This document shows positions 49,746 to 63,235 of a stretch of 64,000 nucleotides of DNA, one piece after another (position 1 is the stretch's first letter; every line of letters begins with the position of its first letter). A program made the position numbers and the translations under genes. The DNA comes from Felis catus (lineage: Eukaryota): positions 197,038,001 to 197,102,000 of the forward strand of contig NC_058368.1 of the NCBI RefSeq assembly GCF_018350175.1, given 5' to 3'. A model generated the notes under the pieces. It was not told where the DNA came from and searched no databases. It was given only the letters and a program-made list of their open reading frames with translations.

Positions 49746-52594
49746 CTAGAGAAACCACACACTTTTATTGTTTGTGAGGAAATCACTTTGCTTTTGGGGG
49801 TGGGGTATGGGGAAGGCCCACATAAGGGCTAGCCTACTGGACACCCCAGAAGTAGGATGATTGCCACACAGGACTCAGGGATCAACAATTACCACCTGAA
49901 CCCAACTGACAAACCAGTGTTTCTCTGGGAAGGCATATGACCGGGCAGCCTACCAGGAAATGGAGAAGATGGTTAGAATCTAAGACCTAGGTAAGACTAC
50001 ACACGGGAAGATCAGAAACCTGTCTTTTAAAAACCTGGTCAATGCTTCTTGTATTTTTGTTGCTATTCACCTTTAATATTGAGTTATGTACATTTTGAAA
50101 ATTCTCACGTCTCAATTTTGCTAAGGCATGCATTCTCAATAGGGATAAGACATGAGTATGTCATGGGGCAGGGGGCAATAATACAAAAATTATTTGATAA
50201 GACCATGCTAAGGGAGATTCAAGAATGGTTATTGAGAATCGGCGAAATAGGAGCAGGAAAGTAAGATACTCCGTAGGTGAGGTGAGTCTTCAACTGCCTG
50301 CCACGAAGTTACGTATACTTGCTGGAGATGGGCCATGAAACTTGCTTAACCTTTTCAGTCACAAAAACTGTTCTGAAACTAAACTCAGTTGTTGAGAAAT
50401 CTCATTACTCCCAATGCCGCATCTTGATTTTTCTTACAGAAATGATAAGGAATGTCATCATTACAGGTATCTATCATAACAGCAAAGCAATGGTAAGGGT
50501 GAAAGACTCTGTTCTGGTTTTAATCCAGGGGCAGTTTTAAGGCCATGTGTCATAACAGATAGCCAGTTTAACTGTACTCAGAGATAAAAAGGAAGCTCAG
50601 CCACAGGGAAGCAATAAAAGAGATGACAGAGAAGAGATTCCCCAGACTTACTGCCTAGATTCTAGAAGAATAACTGACAGAGGTAAGGATTCTATCTTTA
50701 ACTTCTGGGTGACAGAGATTCACTATAGTATCTTGAGCAAAACAAGTATAAAATGATTCAAATTAGTCTAATAATAACATACAAAATGGATCTGGGGTGC
50801 TGGGGGCATGACAGATGGGCAGGAAGAGAAGATACAAGAAAAAGGAGAGCCACGTGAAGGAATCAGCTGGTGTGACCCGGTCTGGAGTAGGAGGAGGTGA
50901 AGGAGAGGAAAAGGGCAAAACCAGGAGGCGTTTCCAGGGAACCAGACTCGGTGTGATCAGAGTACCACAAGATACCTCCCTCACCTCCATCAGGGATGGC
51001 AGCCGTAAATATTAATGGCTATTAATGAAATCAGTTGAAAAGGTAGAAGAGATTAGCCGAAGGCTTGAAAAGTATGCCGATTAGATCAGAACACCGGTGA
51101 GAAAAGAATGTCTCATAAAGATCAACCAGGGGTATCCAAAGCATGCCCTGACTATTAAAAGAAGACATACACTCTAATAGAAATTTGAAAGCTCTAAGCT
51201 TCTGGGCTGACTGTACATTAAAATGGTACAAAGAACCCCGGCTTCTGTTCAATCAAGTTGTAAGCATTTGGGAAAATAGAAGCCCAGGTTCTCTTGTTTA
51301 TATAGTGTGGGGTCCACACTCCGATTCTATTCTCATTATTGTTACTTCAAAAGGAAGTTGGCGTCTACATTATTTCTTGTGGGTGGGGGAGAATCTTTAT
51401 GATCTGTTTAAGAGAAGGTGAGTTATTGAGACAAAGCAATCCCTGGAAGGAGTCATCATGCTGTGTTCCATACTAAAAGCTTTCTAGTGTGTTTCTACCT
51501 CCAGACTTCCTGAGCAATCTTCAATTTTTCTAATATTCCTGGCCACTAGGAGGAAATGATCCAGGCAAATGACTTATGTGGCAGGCATATTGCTAGACAC
51601 ATTTTGCACCATAAATTAATAGATTATCAAACTGTTTTATGGTTTAGCTAAATATTTGCTTGTTCCTAGGAACCTTATCAAGTCTTGAGGAAACTGATGG
51701 AAGTCTGTTCCAAACTCATCACAGCCTGACTTCTGGTAAGACAACTTACCCTGCACCCTTCAAGCAGGCAAGAAGTCTTCCCCAGGTACCACAGTTGGTT
51801 TATTTGCTACAGAAATTCCTTGTAGCTCAAAGTCAGCAAACTTTTCCTATTAAGGACCATATATAAATATTTTAGGCTTTGTGGGACAAGACGGAAAAAA
51901 CCCAAGGATCTTATGTAGGTGATCATTTAACAAGAGACAATAAATTCCCCCCAATTTTTAACAATGAAATTCAGAACTATATTTATTGACTAACAGGTCG
52001 CAGGCTTGGCCTATAGGCTGTAGTTTGCTAAGCCCTGTCCTGACAGTTGGAAGTAAGACACTAAAACGTGGATGAAATTATCAGTGATACAATCTGGGGG
52101 TCAGTCCTTAGCTAATACTCAAAGCCTTGAAACGTGATGTCCATAGCACTGAATGAGAAGCAGAAGGCTATGCCAAAGCACTAGGGTTTGAATAGGGGAA
52201 TGAATGGACAGGACAGGAATGAAGCGAATCCTATGCACAAACAGCAGATAAATGAAGAGAACAGGAGGTAATGTGATACAGGGGAATGAATAATAGACTG
52301 GCGGTCAGGAGACAATGGACTCATGCCTCTGTCACCAATTAATTTTTTTCAGCTCACCTATAAGAGAAGATTGTACTAGAAAGAACCCAAGGGCCCCTCA
52401 AGCACCTTTATTCTATGTGCAGTGAAAGTACAATGGTCTGTATGAAATTGCGAGCATCTCAAGTAATCACAGATTTGCCCTCTACTAACACTTTCGTGAA
52501 CATATCTGGAACAAGATGTTGTGTGTTCAGAGAAATACTTCTGAAAGACTTTATTTTTTATATTTTTTAAATGTGCAGCCTTCATATGGATATA

Positions 52595-52927
52595 CTTTTA
52601 AGATTTCATTTTTAAATAATCTCTGTACCCAATGTGGGGCTCGAACTTACAACCCCAAAATTAAAAGCTGCATGCTACACTGACTGAGCCAGCCAGGTGC
52701 CTCTGACTTAAGAAAAAAAAAATTTTTTTAATGTTTGTTTATTTTTGAGAGACAGACGGAGCAGGAGTGGGGGAGGGGCAGAGACAGAAGGAGACACAGA
52801 ATCCGAAGCAGGCTCTAGGCTCTGAGCTGTCAGCACAGAGCCCGATGTGAGGCTCGAACCCACAAACAGTGAGATCATGACCTGAGCTGAAGTCGGATGC
52901 TTAACTGACTGAGCCACCCAGGAGCCT
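52595..52927 (-). mobile_element. Two Can-SINEs in GRPEL2 intron 3
   Basis: Two reverse SINE heads, near 52700 and 52925. Confidence 0.85.
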
Positions 52928-53539
52928 CAAGAAAGACTTTAAATTGGACCAAAAAACCTTTTTCAGTCATCAATGAAAAAACAGATGTAATCTAGCACAA
53001 CTTCCAGAGTTAATCTGCTTCCATACGTCTTTGAGTTATTTTATAACTTAGTAAGTTGTCAATACTAATGGTAAGGCAAATGGTTATTGCCCATAGTAGT
53101 GAAAATTGGTGAAGATACAGTTCATTACTGTTCTATGGATCTAGAGTAATTTTCCTTCTACCAAGAAAATTTTAATATGCCTGATTACTCATGCATCTTG
53201 CTCTTTGGATTCTCCTCTGAACATCTTAATGATTCACTTCTTCATTAACGAGTTAAACAGAATTGAATGTAGAAGGCCCAGGATGTTACGCGTACGTGCT
53301 TGAAAAATAAAATAACCAAGGTTTTGGTCAAAACGAAAGCAAGCATTATTGTAGCAAATGGTTCACGTGGCAACATTCCCAATAAACATTTCAGAAAGCA
53401 TATGGCAAGGGTGCAAGAACAGGGTAGGGACTGGTTTAGGACGCAGCTGTGTTGTTTACTATGTTCAGTTTGCAAAACTGCTAGTAAGCATCCTTAAACT
53501 AAAAGGCATTTGAATTTTTATCGTGAATAAATCTCTCAC

Positions 53540-53621
53540 CAAATATCTTGGCATCTTCTACACATCTCTGGGTTCGCCGCCTTATGTTTTCACCATCAGC
53601 TACAGCTCTCTGGTATCTCAT
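53540..53621 (-). CDS. GRPEL2: GRPEL2 exon 3
   Basis: MRYQRAVADGENIRRRTQRCVEDAKIF, the GrpE helix motif; 82 nt with AG/GT boundaries. Confidence 0.95.
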
Positions 53622-54622
53622 CTGAACACCAAAAGCAAAGTGAAAATGATCAGAAAACATGCTTGCTGGTGGAAAAGAGTGTTTTTGCTGCCTTTACAAC
53701 CTTCACCCTTGTGACTGATTTTTATTAAAAAAATGAGGAACTGTAGGAATCTTAGATCAACTACTCCAAATCCCCAGCCAAGGCAGGAAGCTACTCTCTT
53801 GTGTTTGTGTTTATTTCTTTATTTTGAGAGAGAGACAGAGAGACAGAATCCTAAGCAGGCTCCGTGCTATCAGTGTAGAGCCTGACTCGGGGCTCAATCC
53901 CATGAACCGTGAGATCATGACCCGAGCCAAAATAAGTCAGACACTCAACCAACTGAGGCAACCAGGCGCCCCAGGAACCTACTCTTTATAGCAGCCCTGA
54001 CAGACTGTCATTTAGCCTCCTACTCTGAACACTTGCTTTTCAAGCTCATTATCTTGAGAGAAAGCTTCCTTTTTCACACTCAGCCAATACTGCCACCCTC
54101 TTTCATTCATTGAACTGAACTCTAGGACAACGGTATGTTTAGCTCCTTTAATCTCTTCCTCTTTCATTCTTACAATCTTTGATTCCTTTAATTGCTCTCC
54201 TAAGACATGCTTTCCTACCTCCTCACTATTCTGGGTGGTCTTGCTTTGGAACTACTCTAATTATCACCTTCAAAGGGTGTTTGTCAACCCAGTACCGGGA
54301 GAGTATACCGGATGCAGTCTGATCGGCAGAGTAAAATGATAAGCGATGTCATTCATTCAACAAGTATCTATTGAGTTTTACTACACGCCAGGCACTGTAC
54401 CTCCTCTGAAGCTACCACAACATTAGGTATCTAAGTACTGTGACACAACAGGTTTTTAAATGACTATAGACTATGTTGCCTAACATACCTAGCAAGAGGG
54501 TGGAGGTGGGGTGAGAGGTAAAGAGCCAATCAGAGGAAATTTAATTGAAAAAACTGACATGAAAACGTTATACAGATATTAAACCAGAGAGAGGATGTGA
54601 AGAACAGATAAAATCTACTCAC

Positions 54623-54776
54623 TGTTAAGTCCTGGACTTCTTTCTCCAGTTTCACAGCTTTAAGCTTTAAGGCTCGTTCTGCAAGAGAGGGCCCAAGGTC
54701 ATCGGGAGGGTCCTCAGAACTGCAGTCCTCTCCAGCAGTTCTCTGGGTGGCGGTGCTGAAAGGATGCAGCCGTCCC
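54623..54776 (-). CDS. GRPEL2: GRPEL2 exon 2
   Basis: GRLHPFSTATQRTAGEDCSSEDPPDDLGPSLAERALKLKAVKLEKEVQDLT; 154 nt, donor GTGAGT. Confidence 0.96.
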
Positions 54777-54878
54777 CTAAAGGGGGAGGGAGGTGGCACG
54801 TGATGAAAAAATGCTATCACAAAAAGCCAAAGTGCCCTCAGTCAGTCCCTCTGCGATCCCTTATAAAGGGCTAACTAA

Positions 54879-55112
54879 GGGGCGCCTGGGTGGCTCAGTT
54901 GGTTGAGCATTTGACTTCAGCTCAGGTCATGATCTCACGGTTCATGGGATCGAGCCCTGCGTCAGGCTCTGTGCTGACAGCTTGGAGCCTGGAGCCTGCT
55001 TTGGATTCTGTGTCTCCCTCTCTCTCTGCCTCTCTGCCCCTTCCCCCCCCCCCCCCCCCCCGCCACTCAGTCTCTCTCTCAAAAATAAAGAAACATTAAA
55101 ATAAATAAATAA
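54879..55112 (+). mobile_element. Can-SINE in GRPEL2 intron 1
   Basis: TSD ataaagggct(a/t)actaag. Confidence 0.93.
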
Positions 55113-56253
55113 AGGGCTTACTAAGTCGGGTTTTATTTTCATCTCACAGAGTGTGAGAGAAATAGTATTATCACCTCAACTGTATAAATGAGAAAACTGA
55201 GGCTCAGAGAGGCTTATGACTTGCTTAAGATCACACAGCTAGTATTCAGCTGAACCACGGTACTGAACACAAGGCAGCAGAAATAGCCAGAAGTGGGGAC
55301 ACAAAACTCAGCAAGAGAAAACCAAGTTCTAATACCCAGAACCAGCAGGGCAATATCAGAAGCAGGAATTCAAAACACAAAGCCATACATTTCTGATTCA
55401 ATCCTTCATTTCACAAATGGGGAAAATTAAGCCTAGTAAAGGGACTGTGTCAAACTGGAGTTAGGCCTAGAATTCTAAAGCTTTCTTGACCACAAGTGCT
55501 TAAGTAAGGCTTTTATGGAAGAAAACCTGTGTTAGGGGAAATTCTGAGTTGGGAACCCACTTCTCTGTAAAATCACGTCAATTAAATACTTATAAAACAC
55601 TATACATTCCAGCGGGTGCACTAAAAACAGGTGAATAAAACAGATCTTTGTATTCAATCATGTTTGTAATCTGGAATTCGGTACAGCTCAAATGTCTGAC
55701 ATACAGTTGTTTACAAAGAAAGACATTTAGAGCAGGGGCTACTTTATAAATCTTGGGTTGTAGCAGTTCTGACTCCTCCTTCAAGGAAGTTTCCATTACA
55801 CCTCCTGGATGCTCATAATTTGACTTGAAGTAAAATCATCAATAAAAATCAACCCATGAGCACAGAGCTCTTTAAAGCAAACAGTTTACATATATAAACT
55901 GGCATATAATGAAGGGCAGTCACTGGGGTGACATCCACGCAAAGATTTAAAGGGGGAAAAGGAGTTTGCGTCAAGAAAGGGAGAGGGAACATTCAGTATA
56001 AAGCTATGGGCAAGATGACTTTTACGTTCCAGACTTTCCTTCCAGGCCAGGACTGGGCTCTGCTATTACAATCTGGTGTCAGATTATATATGGTTTCTCC
56101 ATTTTTGGTTCAGAAAATATGATCACCATAGATCTGGGGCAAATCACACAGGGTGAAATACCTCCTTTCTCCTAACCCCCTAACAAATCTACATTTATCC
56201 AATTGAAATTAGGTCAAAATACTCCCAGGGCCAGTTTAAAGAGAAAATGGCCC

Positions 56254-56271
56254 AAAAAAAAAAAAAAAAAA

Positions 56272-56311
<40 letters not shown>
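56254..56311. repeat. polyA followed by (GA)n, a polypurine tract
   Basis: Read directly from the sequence. Confidence 0.95.
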
Positions 56312-56317
<6 letters not shown>

Positions 56318-57249
56318 GCCAAAGCCCAAGTCTGAAGAGGAGAATTGAGGCTGATCCCCTCAATTCTTCCTGCTTCAGAAATGGAGGGGAAATTTTATCA
56401 GAAGGAAACTTTCTTCTTCTGGCCAGTACCTACATCACAAACTGCCAAAAAGACTTAAAAAAAAAAAAAAAAAAAGCCAGAAACCTTGAATTCAACCTCA
56501 CACCCGGATGCTAGGGCAGGGTGCTAGCTAGGTCAGGTGTGTTAAGATAAAAAGGTGACAAATAGTTATGTGAAATTCCCGGAGACCCCGCGGCTTAATT
56601 TACACTTCAGGAAGTCCAACCTTACCCATCCCCCAATTCACTCTTTTTTATTCTTTCTCAGGAAGAAACAGTTAAACACGGAATCGTTCCTGAGAATTAA
56701 CGCTGCTCACTAATTAAAACAGCAGATTCTAGAGCCCTGAATCTGGGGCTGGGTTCCACAATTATGGAGTGTTTGAGTTTGGATAAGTTACTCAACTTTT
56801 CTAAACCTCAGTTTTCTCGATTGAACGGGAGAATAAAAAGAACTACCCATAGAGTTCTACAATCAGCATGACAAATGATCGATAAAAGGTGCCGCAGCCG
56901 ATGGTGAAAAGCAGCAGCAAATGGAACTTCATAGACTCCGGGGAGCAGGTGGAAGGGCCGTTTGGAGAGGCCAAGTCCAACGCCCTCCTTTTACCGACAG
57001 GTAAAGTGTAGCCGGGATAACAGGGAAGGGACTGGCCCAGAGGCACACACGGAGTCAACGGGGAGAATTCCAATTTAACAGCGGACACTCTGGCTGGGGA
57101 GGTTGGGAGTAAAGGCCGGGAAAGGTACATCCCCAATTCATAATCGACGCTTGGGGCTGAAGAGTTCCCACCTCTGAGGAACGTGACCTCCGCTCTTCCC
57201 ACCTTCCTTGGCCTGGCAAGAGGGCGCGACTGTGTGCCTCAGTTTCCTT

Positions 57250-57800
57250 CTCTGTAGAATGGGGCCGTGAGCGCCCGATCGGAGCAGCCGAGAAGCTTGG
57301 TGGATCAGCTCGCGCCCTTCCAGCCCACAACCGTCCTTCCAGCTCGCTCGTCTCGCACTACCCTCAACCCTCCACTCGCGGCCTGCTTCGCTTACCTGCC
57401 TTCGGACGCGGCACTCGAGGCCAGGAGGCGCTGCACCAGCCGCCGGACCGCCCACACTGACCGCGCGGCCATATTCCCGAACCCGGCTGACGGAGGCAGC
57501 GCAAGCGCACTTGCTCCAAATGACGAGATGCGCTAGATGCCACTCTTCCCGGCAGCCTTCGCGGGCTCTCCCGGCCCAGGGTCCGGGTCGCGAGCGCCAC
57601 ACTTCCGGCTGTCTTTGCGCGCCGTGCTCGTGTCCATCCGGTGTCCCCGACGGAACACGACACTTCCGGTCCCCCGCGCGTGGGGCGCGTAGGGTGGGTT
57701 CCCGTTGTAGGACTCAGGCTCCGTGTTCGTCCAGAAATCCGCCGGGAACACGGGGGATCTCAGCTGTACCCTAAAGGGGCTTACGTAAAGTTGTAAACAA
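57250..57800. promoter_or_regulatory. GRPEL2 CpG-island promoter with ETS/GABP and NRF1-like sites
   Basis: ACTTCCGG at 57601 and 57662; GCGCAAGCGCA at 57499; TTACGTAA at 57781. Confidence 0.8.
57396..57472 (-). CDS. GRPEL2: GRPEL2 exon 1 coding part (mitochondrial presequence)
   Basis: MAARSVWAVRRLVQRLLASSAASEG, Arg-rich and amphipathic; donor AG|GTAAG; 77 nt. Confidence 0.93.
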
Positions 57801-59692
57801 TAAACGAAGGCAAACGCATTAAGTCAAAATATGACCGGTGTTTAAAGGTGAGGGGCGTGGTGTCACGGAAGCCTGGAACATGATGTGGCCGAGTGTGGGC
57901 AGTTGCCCCCAGAGGGAAAAATAGTTGAATTGAAAGCTGAAGGATGCGTAGATGCAAAGAGGAGGAAGGTGGTTCAGGTAGAGGTAAACAGCTTTTGCAA
58001 AGACCCAGTCAATAGGGAGAGTACATTGCGAGTAACGCGCTGAAATATTGGAGGGAAGAGGGGCAACACAACACAATTAGCGGAACAGATCACGCGAGGG
58101 ATTTTAAAAATTGGAGCCCGACTCCCGCATCACTCTTACTGCTTTCTCCCCTTCCAATTCCCTTGTTTTCTGACTTTATTATGTTTTTAAAATGCGTTTT
58201 CTCATTTCCCTTCGCTAGAATGTGAGCTCCGTTAGGGCAGAGATTATCTTGTCTATTTCCAATGAACGGTGGAACAGTGTCCTGGTGTAGTTCAAAATTT
58301 TTCTGTTGAATGTGAACTTCAGTCTTACTCTGATTGCAGTGGGAACATGTTACAAAACCTTTACGTGTGTAACGGGTGGCCTTGACTCCCCTATGACAGA
58401 TGGCTGGATCTAAGCAGAGAAGTAGGGAGACAAGCTGTTGGACTAGTCCATTCAAGGGAGGGCTGTATTTTGTCCTTAATAGACCTTTGTAACCACCCTA
58501 TCTGAAGTAGCTACTCTTTTAGGTGTGTTGGGCATGTTTTTGTTTCCATATTAGTATTTCATTTGTTTTCTTTTCTTTCTGTTCTCCCAACTAGAGTTTG
58601 AGCTTCATGAGGGTTACTGTGTGGTCCACAGCTGCGATTTCTGACATCTGTCTAGTACAGTAGGTGTACATGGTAGGTTCATACCAGATGTTTGTTGAAT
58701 GAATGAATTGTTGGTGTCAGTGGAGATAGGAAGAAGTGGAAGAATTTTAGAGAGATTTAGTATGGAAAACTGACAATATAGACTGGTGATTGGGGTTGAG
58801 GGCATTTGGAGTTGCTAGACTAGTTACTGCATAGTCCCCAAAGTAAAAACAACAACAACATTATTTAAGGAATGGGAGGTGTGTCCTCATTATTCTAAAT
58901 CTTCACCATAACATGGTTTACTTGTACTGCAGCTATTTGGGTCAGATTTTCTCTCTCCTGGTCTGCAAGTTCCTTGAGGACAGAGCTGGAGACTTTTACA
59001 TCTTTATATTCTATCCAAGGCCCAACTCAAATGTGTTGTAACCAATACCTTATGTCTCCTTTTCGTCTCAGGAGAAGAGCAGCATGGGTGCAGAAGGGAT
59101 TATGATCCCCTTTACATTTGAGAAAACTGAGGCTCCGAGAGGTTGGTACACCTGCTCAGGGTCCCTGACTGATCCAGGGACGTCAGAAATCTGATAGTCT
59201 CCACACTTGGGGCAGGGTCGGGAAGGATGGAGCTTCAGCTCCACCCTAGAGCCGTGAGCCTATACCTTGAAAAAAAAACAACCAAACAAGGCATTTTCAC
59301 AGACAAGGACTGGCCTCTGTGCTTTAGCCATTTTGTTTGCACTCTCTTAGCTGATTGACTTAACATCAAGGCTGCATACGTGCATCCATTCATTCGTCTG
59401 GGTATTAAGCGCTAGTGTGCTTCTGAATGCTGCAGTTCAGGGGTGGGGGGGTGGGTGGGTAAGACATGAAGGAAATAGAACCTTGGAACTCAGAGGAAGG
59501 GTTGCTGGCTCCAGCACCTCCCAGCCGTGCACTCCTGCAAGTGACATAATCCCTCTGTGCTTCACTTTCCCCACCTGGGAAAACTGGGATACCAGAAACT
59601 GTTGCACAGAGTTTTAGTGCAAACTAAAGGGATAATGCCTGGAAAAGTGATTAGGTAATGCCAGGACCGGCTACATAATTTAAAGGGCAAAA

Positions 59693-59900
59693 GGGGCACC
59701 CGGGTGGCTCAGTCGGCTAAGTGTCGGTCTTCAGCTCAGGTCATGATCTCACGGCCCGTTTGTTTGAGACCCGCACTGGGCTCTCTGCTGACTGCGCAGA
59801 GCCTGGAGCCTGCTTTGGATTCTGTGTCTCCCTCCTCTCTGTTCCTCCCCCGCTCGCGCTCTGTCTCTCTCTCTCTCAAAAATAAACATTAAAAAAAATT
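59693..59900 (+). mobile_element. Can-SINE
   Basis: SINE head, body and A tail. Confidence 0.9.
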
Positions 59901-61924
59901 ATTAAGAGGGCAACAGCAGCGCCTTAAACCAAACTCAGGGCTCTACTAATCTTTGTGACTGCACCGGTTGTGTGCCCGTGAAGCTGGCCTTGGCTGACAC
60001 AGTACCTGATGCATGGAGTACTCGATAAATGCTTATTATTAATTCTGTGGTGTTCCCCCCCCCCCCCTCAACGAGTCGCAAGATCTATCAGTGGGAAGAG
60101 ATGCTCAACCCCAAAATAACACACTGAGGACACACTGAGGATGTAATTGGAGTATTTGGTGTCATTCCAGGATCCACATTTAAAAAAAGAACATTAACAA
60201 TCCAGATGATGTGAGCTCCTTTCTCGTTGAAGATATTTAAGTGGAATCTGGATGCAAACTGTCCGTTATGGATTAGTTAGTTGCCTTTTAGCTTTTTGGT
60301 GGCTGTAATAACCATATACACATCATTTCTTCAGTAGAAAGAACGCAGAATTTTTAGTCAGACATTTGTTATCTAGCTAATAATGAAAGCCATTATTGAC
60401 TGAGGATTTCTTGTTTCTCAGACAGTATGCAAAATGCTTCCCATGTATTATCTCATTGAATCTCCCCAATAGTCTTGGGAGGAAAATAGAACCATTAACT
60501 GGGTTTCACAGGTAAAGAAAACAAGAATCAGAGAGGGCGAGTGACTTTCCCAGAGTCACCAGCTGGTCAGTGGCAGAGGCAGGGCTCAAACCCAACCCTG
60601 TGTAGATCCAGGCTCATAAGCCCTAAGCCTTATGCTTTGCCACTGGCCAGCTGGATGATTTTGGTCAGAGTTATTTTCCCTATTCGGGCTCCTGGCTGTC
60701 TCCAAGGGTGGTAAAGTTTGGATAAGGCACACGTTTGTAAAGCCCTAGGTAGGGTAAAGTGTGTGAGACCTCCATCAAAGTGTCCAAAGGCTGTTCTGGG
60801 ATTTCCCTTCTCTCTCCTTGAGCTAAACTTGGAGCTCTTAACAGTTAACTGGTCTTACCTGTTTTTGGAAGGAAATGCAAAGACCTCAATAGCGCCTATA
60901 GTGTTGAGAAAGTAGCGAGTGGCACAGCAAGGAGACTGCCCCAGACTTGAGGTCCTTGCTTCCCCATAAAAGTATCAAGTGTAAGTAAAAGGCACTATGG
61001 CAGAAGTGAGCCACTGTCCTCTGATTCCCCCTGATGATTTTACTTGATAAACAGATAAGGAAGGGCAGACCGGGGAGAGCCTCCAAGTACAAAATAAGGA
61101 TAAAGACATAAAGAGCATCACTTGGATTTCTAACCATTGCTCACAGGAAGTAGGTAAAGGACTTGACTGACCACAAATGGCCCCACCCTACAACGCCTGC
61201 AGCATCCTGGGGACGTTAGAAACCAATGTTCCCATCACTCTCGCTAAGAGCCCAAAACAAGTCAGCTGCATGAACCTCCCCTTGCCTGCTGCATCTCCGA
61301 TCTCTAATATGAAAACCACTCCACTGTGGGGTTCTGGTAGCTGCATCTGCCTGGTTGTAAGGCACAAAAGGGCTGACTGCAGAATTTGCATGTCGTCTAT
61401 AGCTTTCGTCCACCTTTACGTAGGCAGGGAAATTCTATTGATAGTTCGGCCTATTTATGTGGTCCAGTGGTTGTCGGCAATGCCCAGCATGAATCCAGTA
61501 GGCCCAAGTGTGATCAGTTGATCAAGTCTTGTCTCTGTGCTGTGCCACCGGCTTCAGCACTGTCTTCCTTTGCCCTGAAGCCTGGGAATGGGATGCTGAG
61601 AATGGGACTTACTCACGTGTGCTTTCGTTCCTTCTTCGGAAGAGAGGGCAAAGATGTTTCACAACACCTGTGCAACCATGCGGATTTCTGTCTCCCTCCA
61701 CCCGTTTTCCACCCTCTGTGAAGTTATAAGGACACTCTACGTGTCCCTCTTCCCTTCTACTTCTTCCCTCCCCATATCCCCTAGAATCATGTAGACGATA
61801 AACGCTGGTCTTTTGGGTGCCCTGGAGAGTGGGGGCTACTTCGAGTCTTTTGGTATCTCCTGGTGAAAAAAGTGTTTCCAATGCAATCTCGTATTTCCTT
61901 AGGAATGAAATCTTCACCCTCTTT

Positions 61925-61948
61925 CTAGGTCTTCTTCATTTCCCATTC
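61925..61948 (-). CDS. AFAP1L1: AFAP1L1 terminal exon coding part (EWEMKKT*)
   Basis: Pyrimidine tract and cag acceptor, then GAA TGG GAA ATG AAG AAG ACC TAG. Matches the recalled AFAP1L1 C-terminus and the expected synteny; the 3' UTR runs leftward toward about 60 kb. Confidence 0.85.
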   Translation of the reverse strand, partial: EWEMKKT

Positions 61949-62879
61949 CTGAAGGACAGAAAGACAAGACGAGTCAGTTTGCTGAATGTTCTATGTGACT
62001 TGCAGGATAAAAACATTCTACGGCACCTAATTATATAAAGATCTCCACGGACCAGATTAGAGAGCCATGGGTCCTAGTCTCACTGTCTCTCTGTAGCCTT
62101 GGGTAAGTCATTTCTCCACACTGGGGCTCATCTTCAGGGGGCCCAAATATCACAAAGTTTGTCTTTCTCAGACAAGGAAACTGAGGCCCATAGAGAGGAG
62201 AATGGGGACAACTTTTGACGCTAATGCTGTTCCACCGGACCTTGGTGTGGAGGAGGAGGCTGATGAGAGAGAAACCAAAGCAGTTTGGTAAGGAAGGGTG
62301 AAGGCAGGGGGCTCACAGGGCTCCATTCTTTCCCCTGGAGCTGTGTAGGGGTTCATCTGAGAGGGATACTGATGTCTTGGCCAATAGTGATTGGCTTTTT
62401 ACCCCTAAATGATGCAAAGGGATTTTCAGCCAGCTCTGGAGGTGATGGTGTGAACCAGGGTTCACAGGGATGGTTCGAACATTCTTGCTAGGAAGATTCC
62501 CCGATCCCACCCTGCTCTTCCCCCAGTGTTCACCATCTACACTGCAGTTGCCGAGGGCATTGACAGGAATAATCACCCTTAATTCCTTTCTTTTCCTCAT
62601 CTTCCACATCCTCACCAGGAAATCCTTCGTCTCTACCTCCAAAGCCATCCACTTCAAATCACCCCCACCAAACCTTTCTCATCTCTCATCTAGATGACTA
62701 CTTCTGACTGGTCTCTCTTGTCCCCTTATCAGTTCTCACCATTGTTCCAGAACGGTCTTTTAAATACGTAATTCATTCGGTCTTTTAAATACGTAATTCG
62801 TCTCCAAAAGTTTTTTGCCCGGAACTTGCCAATGACTTTCAGAATGTTAAAACAAAATTCACAGTTCTTTCCATGGCTT

Positions 62880-63235
62880 ACAAGGGTCAAAGGGAAGCGA
62901 ACTGGCCCACAGGCCATGTCTGGCCCACTGCATGTTTTTGTAGCACCCATCAACTAAGAATGGTTTTCACATTTTTAAATGTTTGGAAAAAAAAAATCAA
63001 AACAATAATGGTTTTTCTTGACGTGTGAAAATTTTATGAATTTCAAACCTCGGTGTCCATAAATAAAGTTTTCCTGGGACACGGCCATGTCCATCGTCTG
63101 TTTACATGTTGTCTGTGGCTACTTTCCTGCTATAACAGCAGAGCTGAGTCATTCTGGAAGAAACTCTGTGGTCCACAGGCTCTCATATATTTACCATCCG
63201 GATCTTTATAGCAAAAGTTTGCCGATATCTAGTCT
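62880..63235 (+). mobile_element. MER58B-like hAT remnant
   Basis: ctaagaatggttttcacatttttaaatg...gtgtccataaataaagtttt...aaaagtttgccga. Confidence 0.7.

Noticed and set aside
59574..59587. 14-nt match to the reverse complement of miR-145 (CCTGGGAAAACTGG)
   Set aside because: No precursor hairpin, a mismatch at seed position 2, and it lies in a MIR-like remnant. No miR-143/145 gene was seen in this window.
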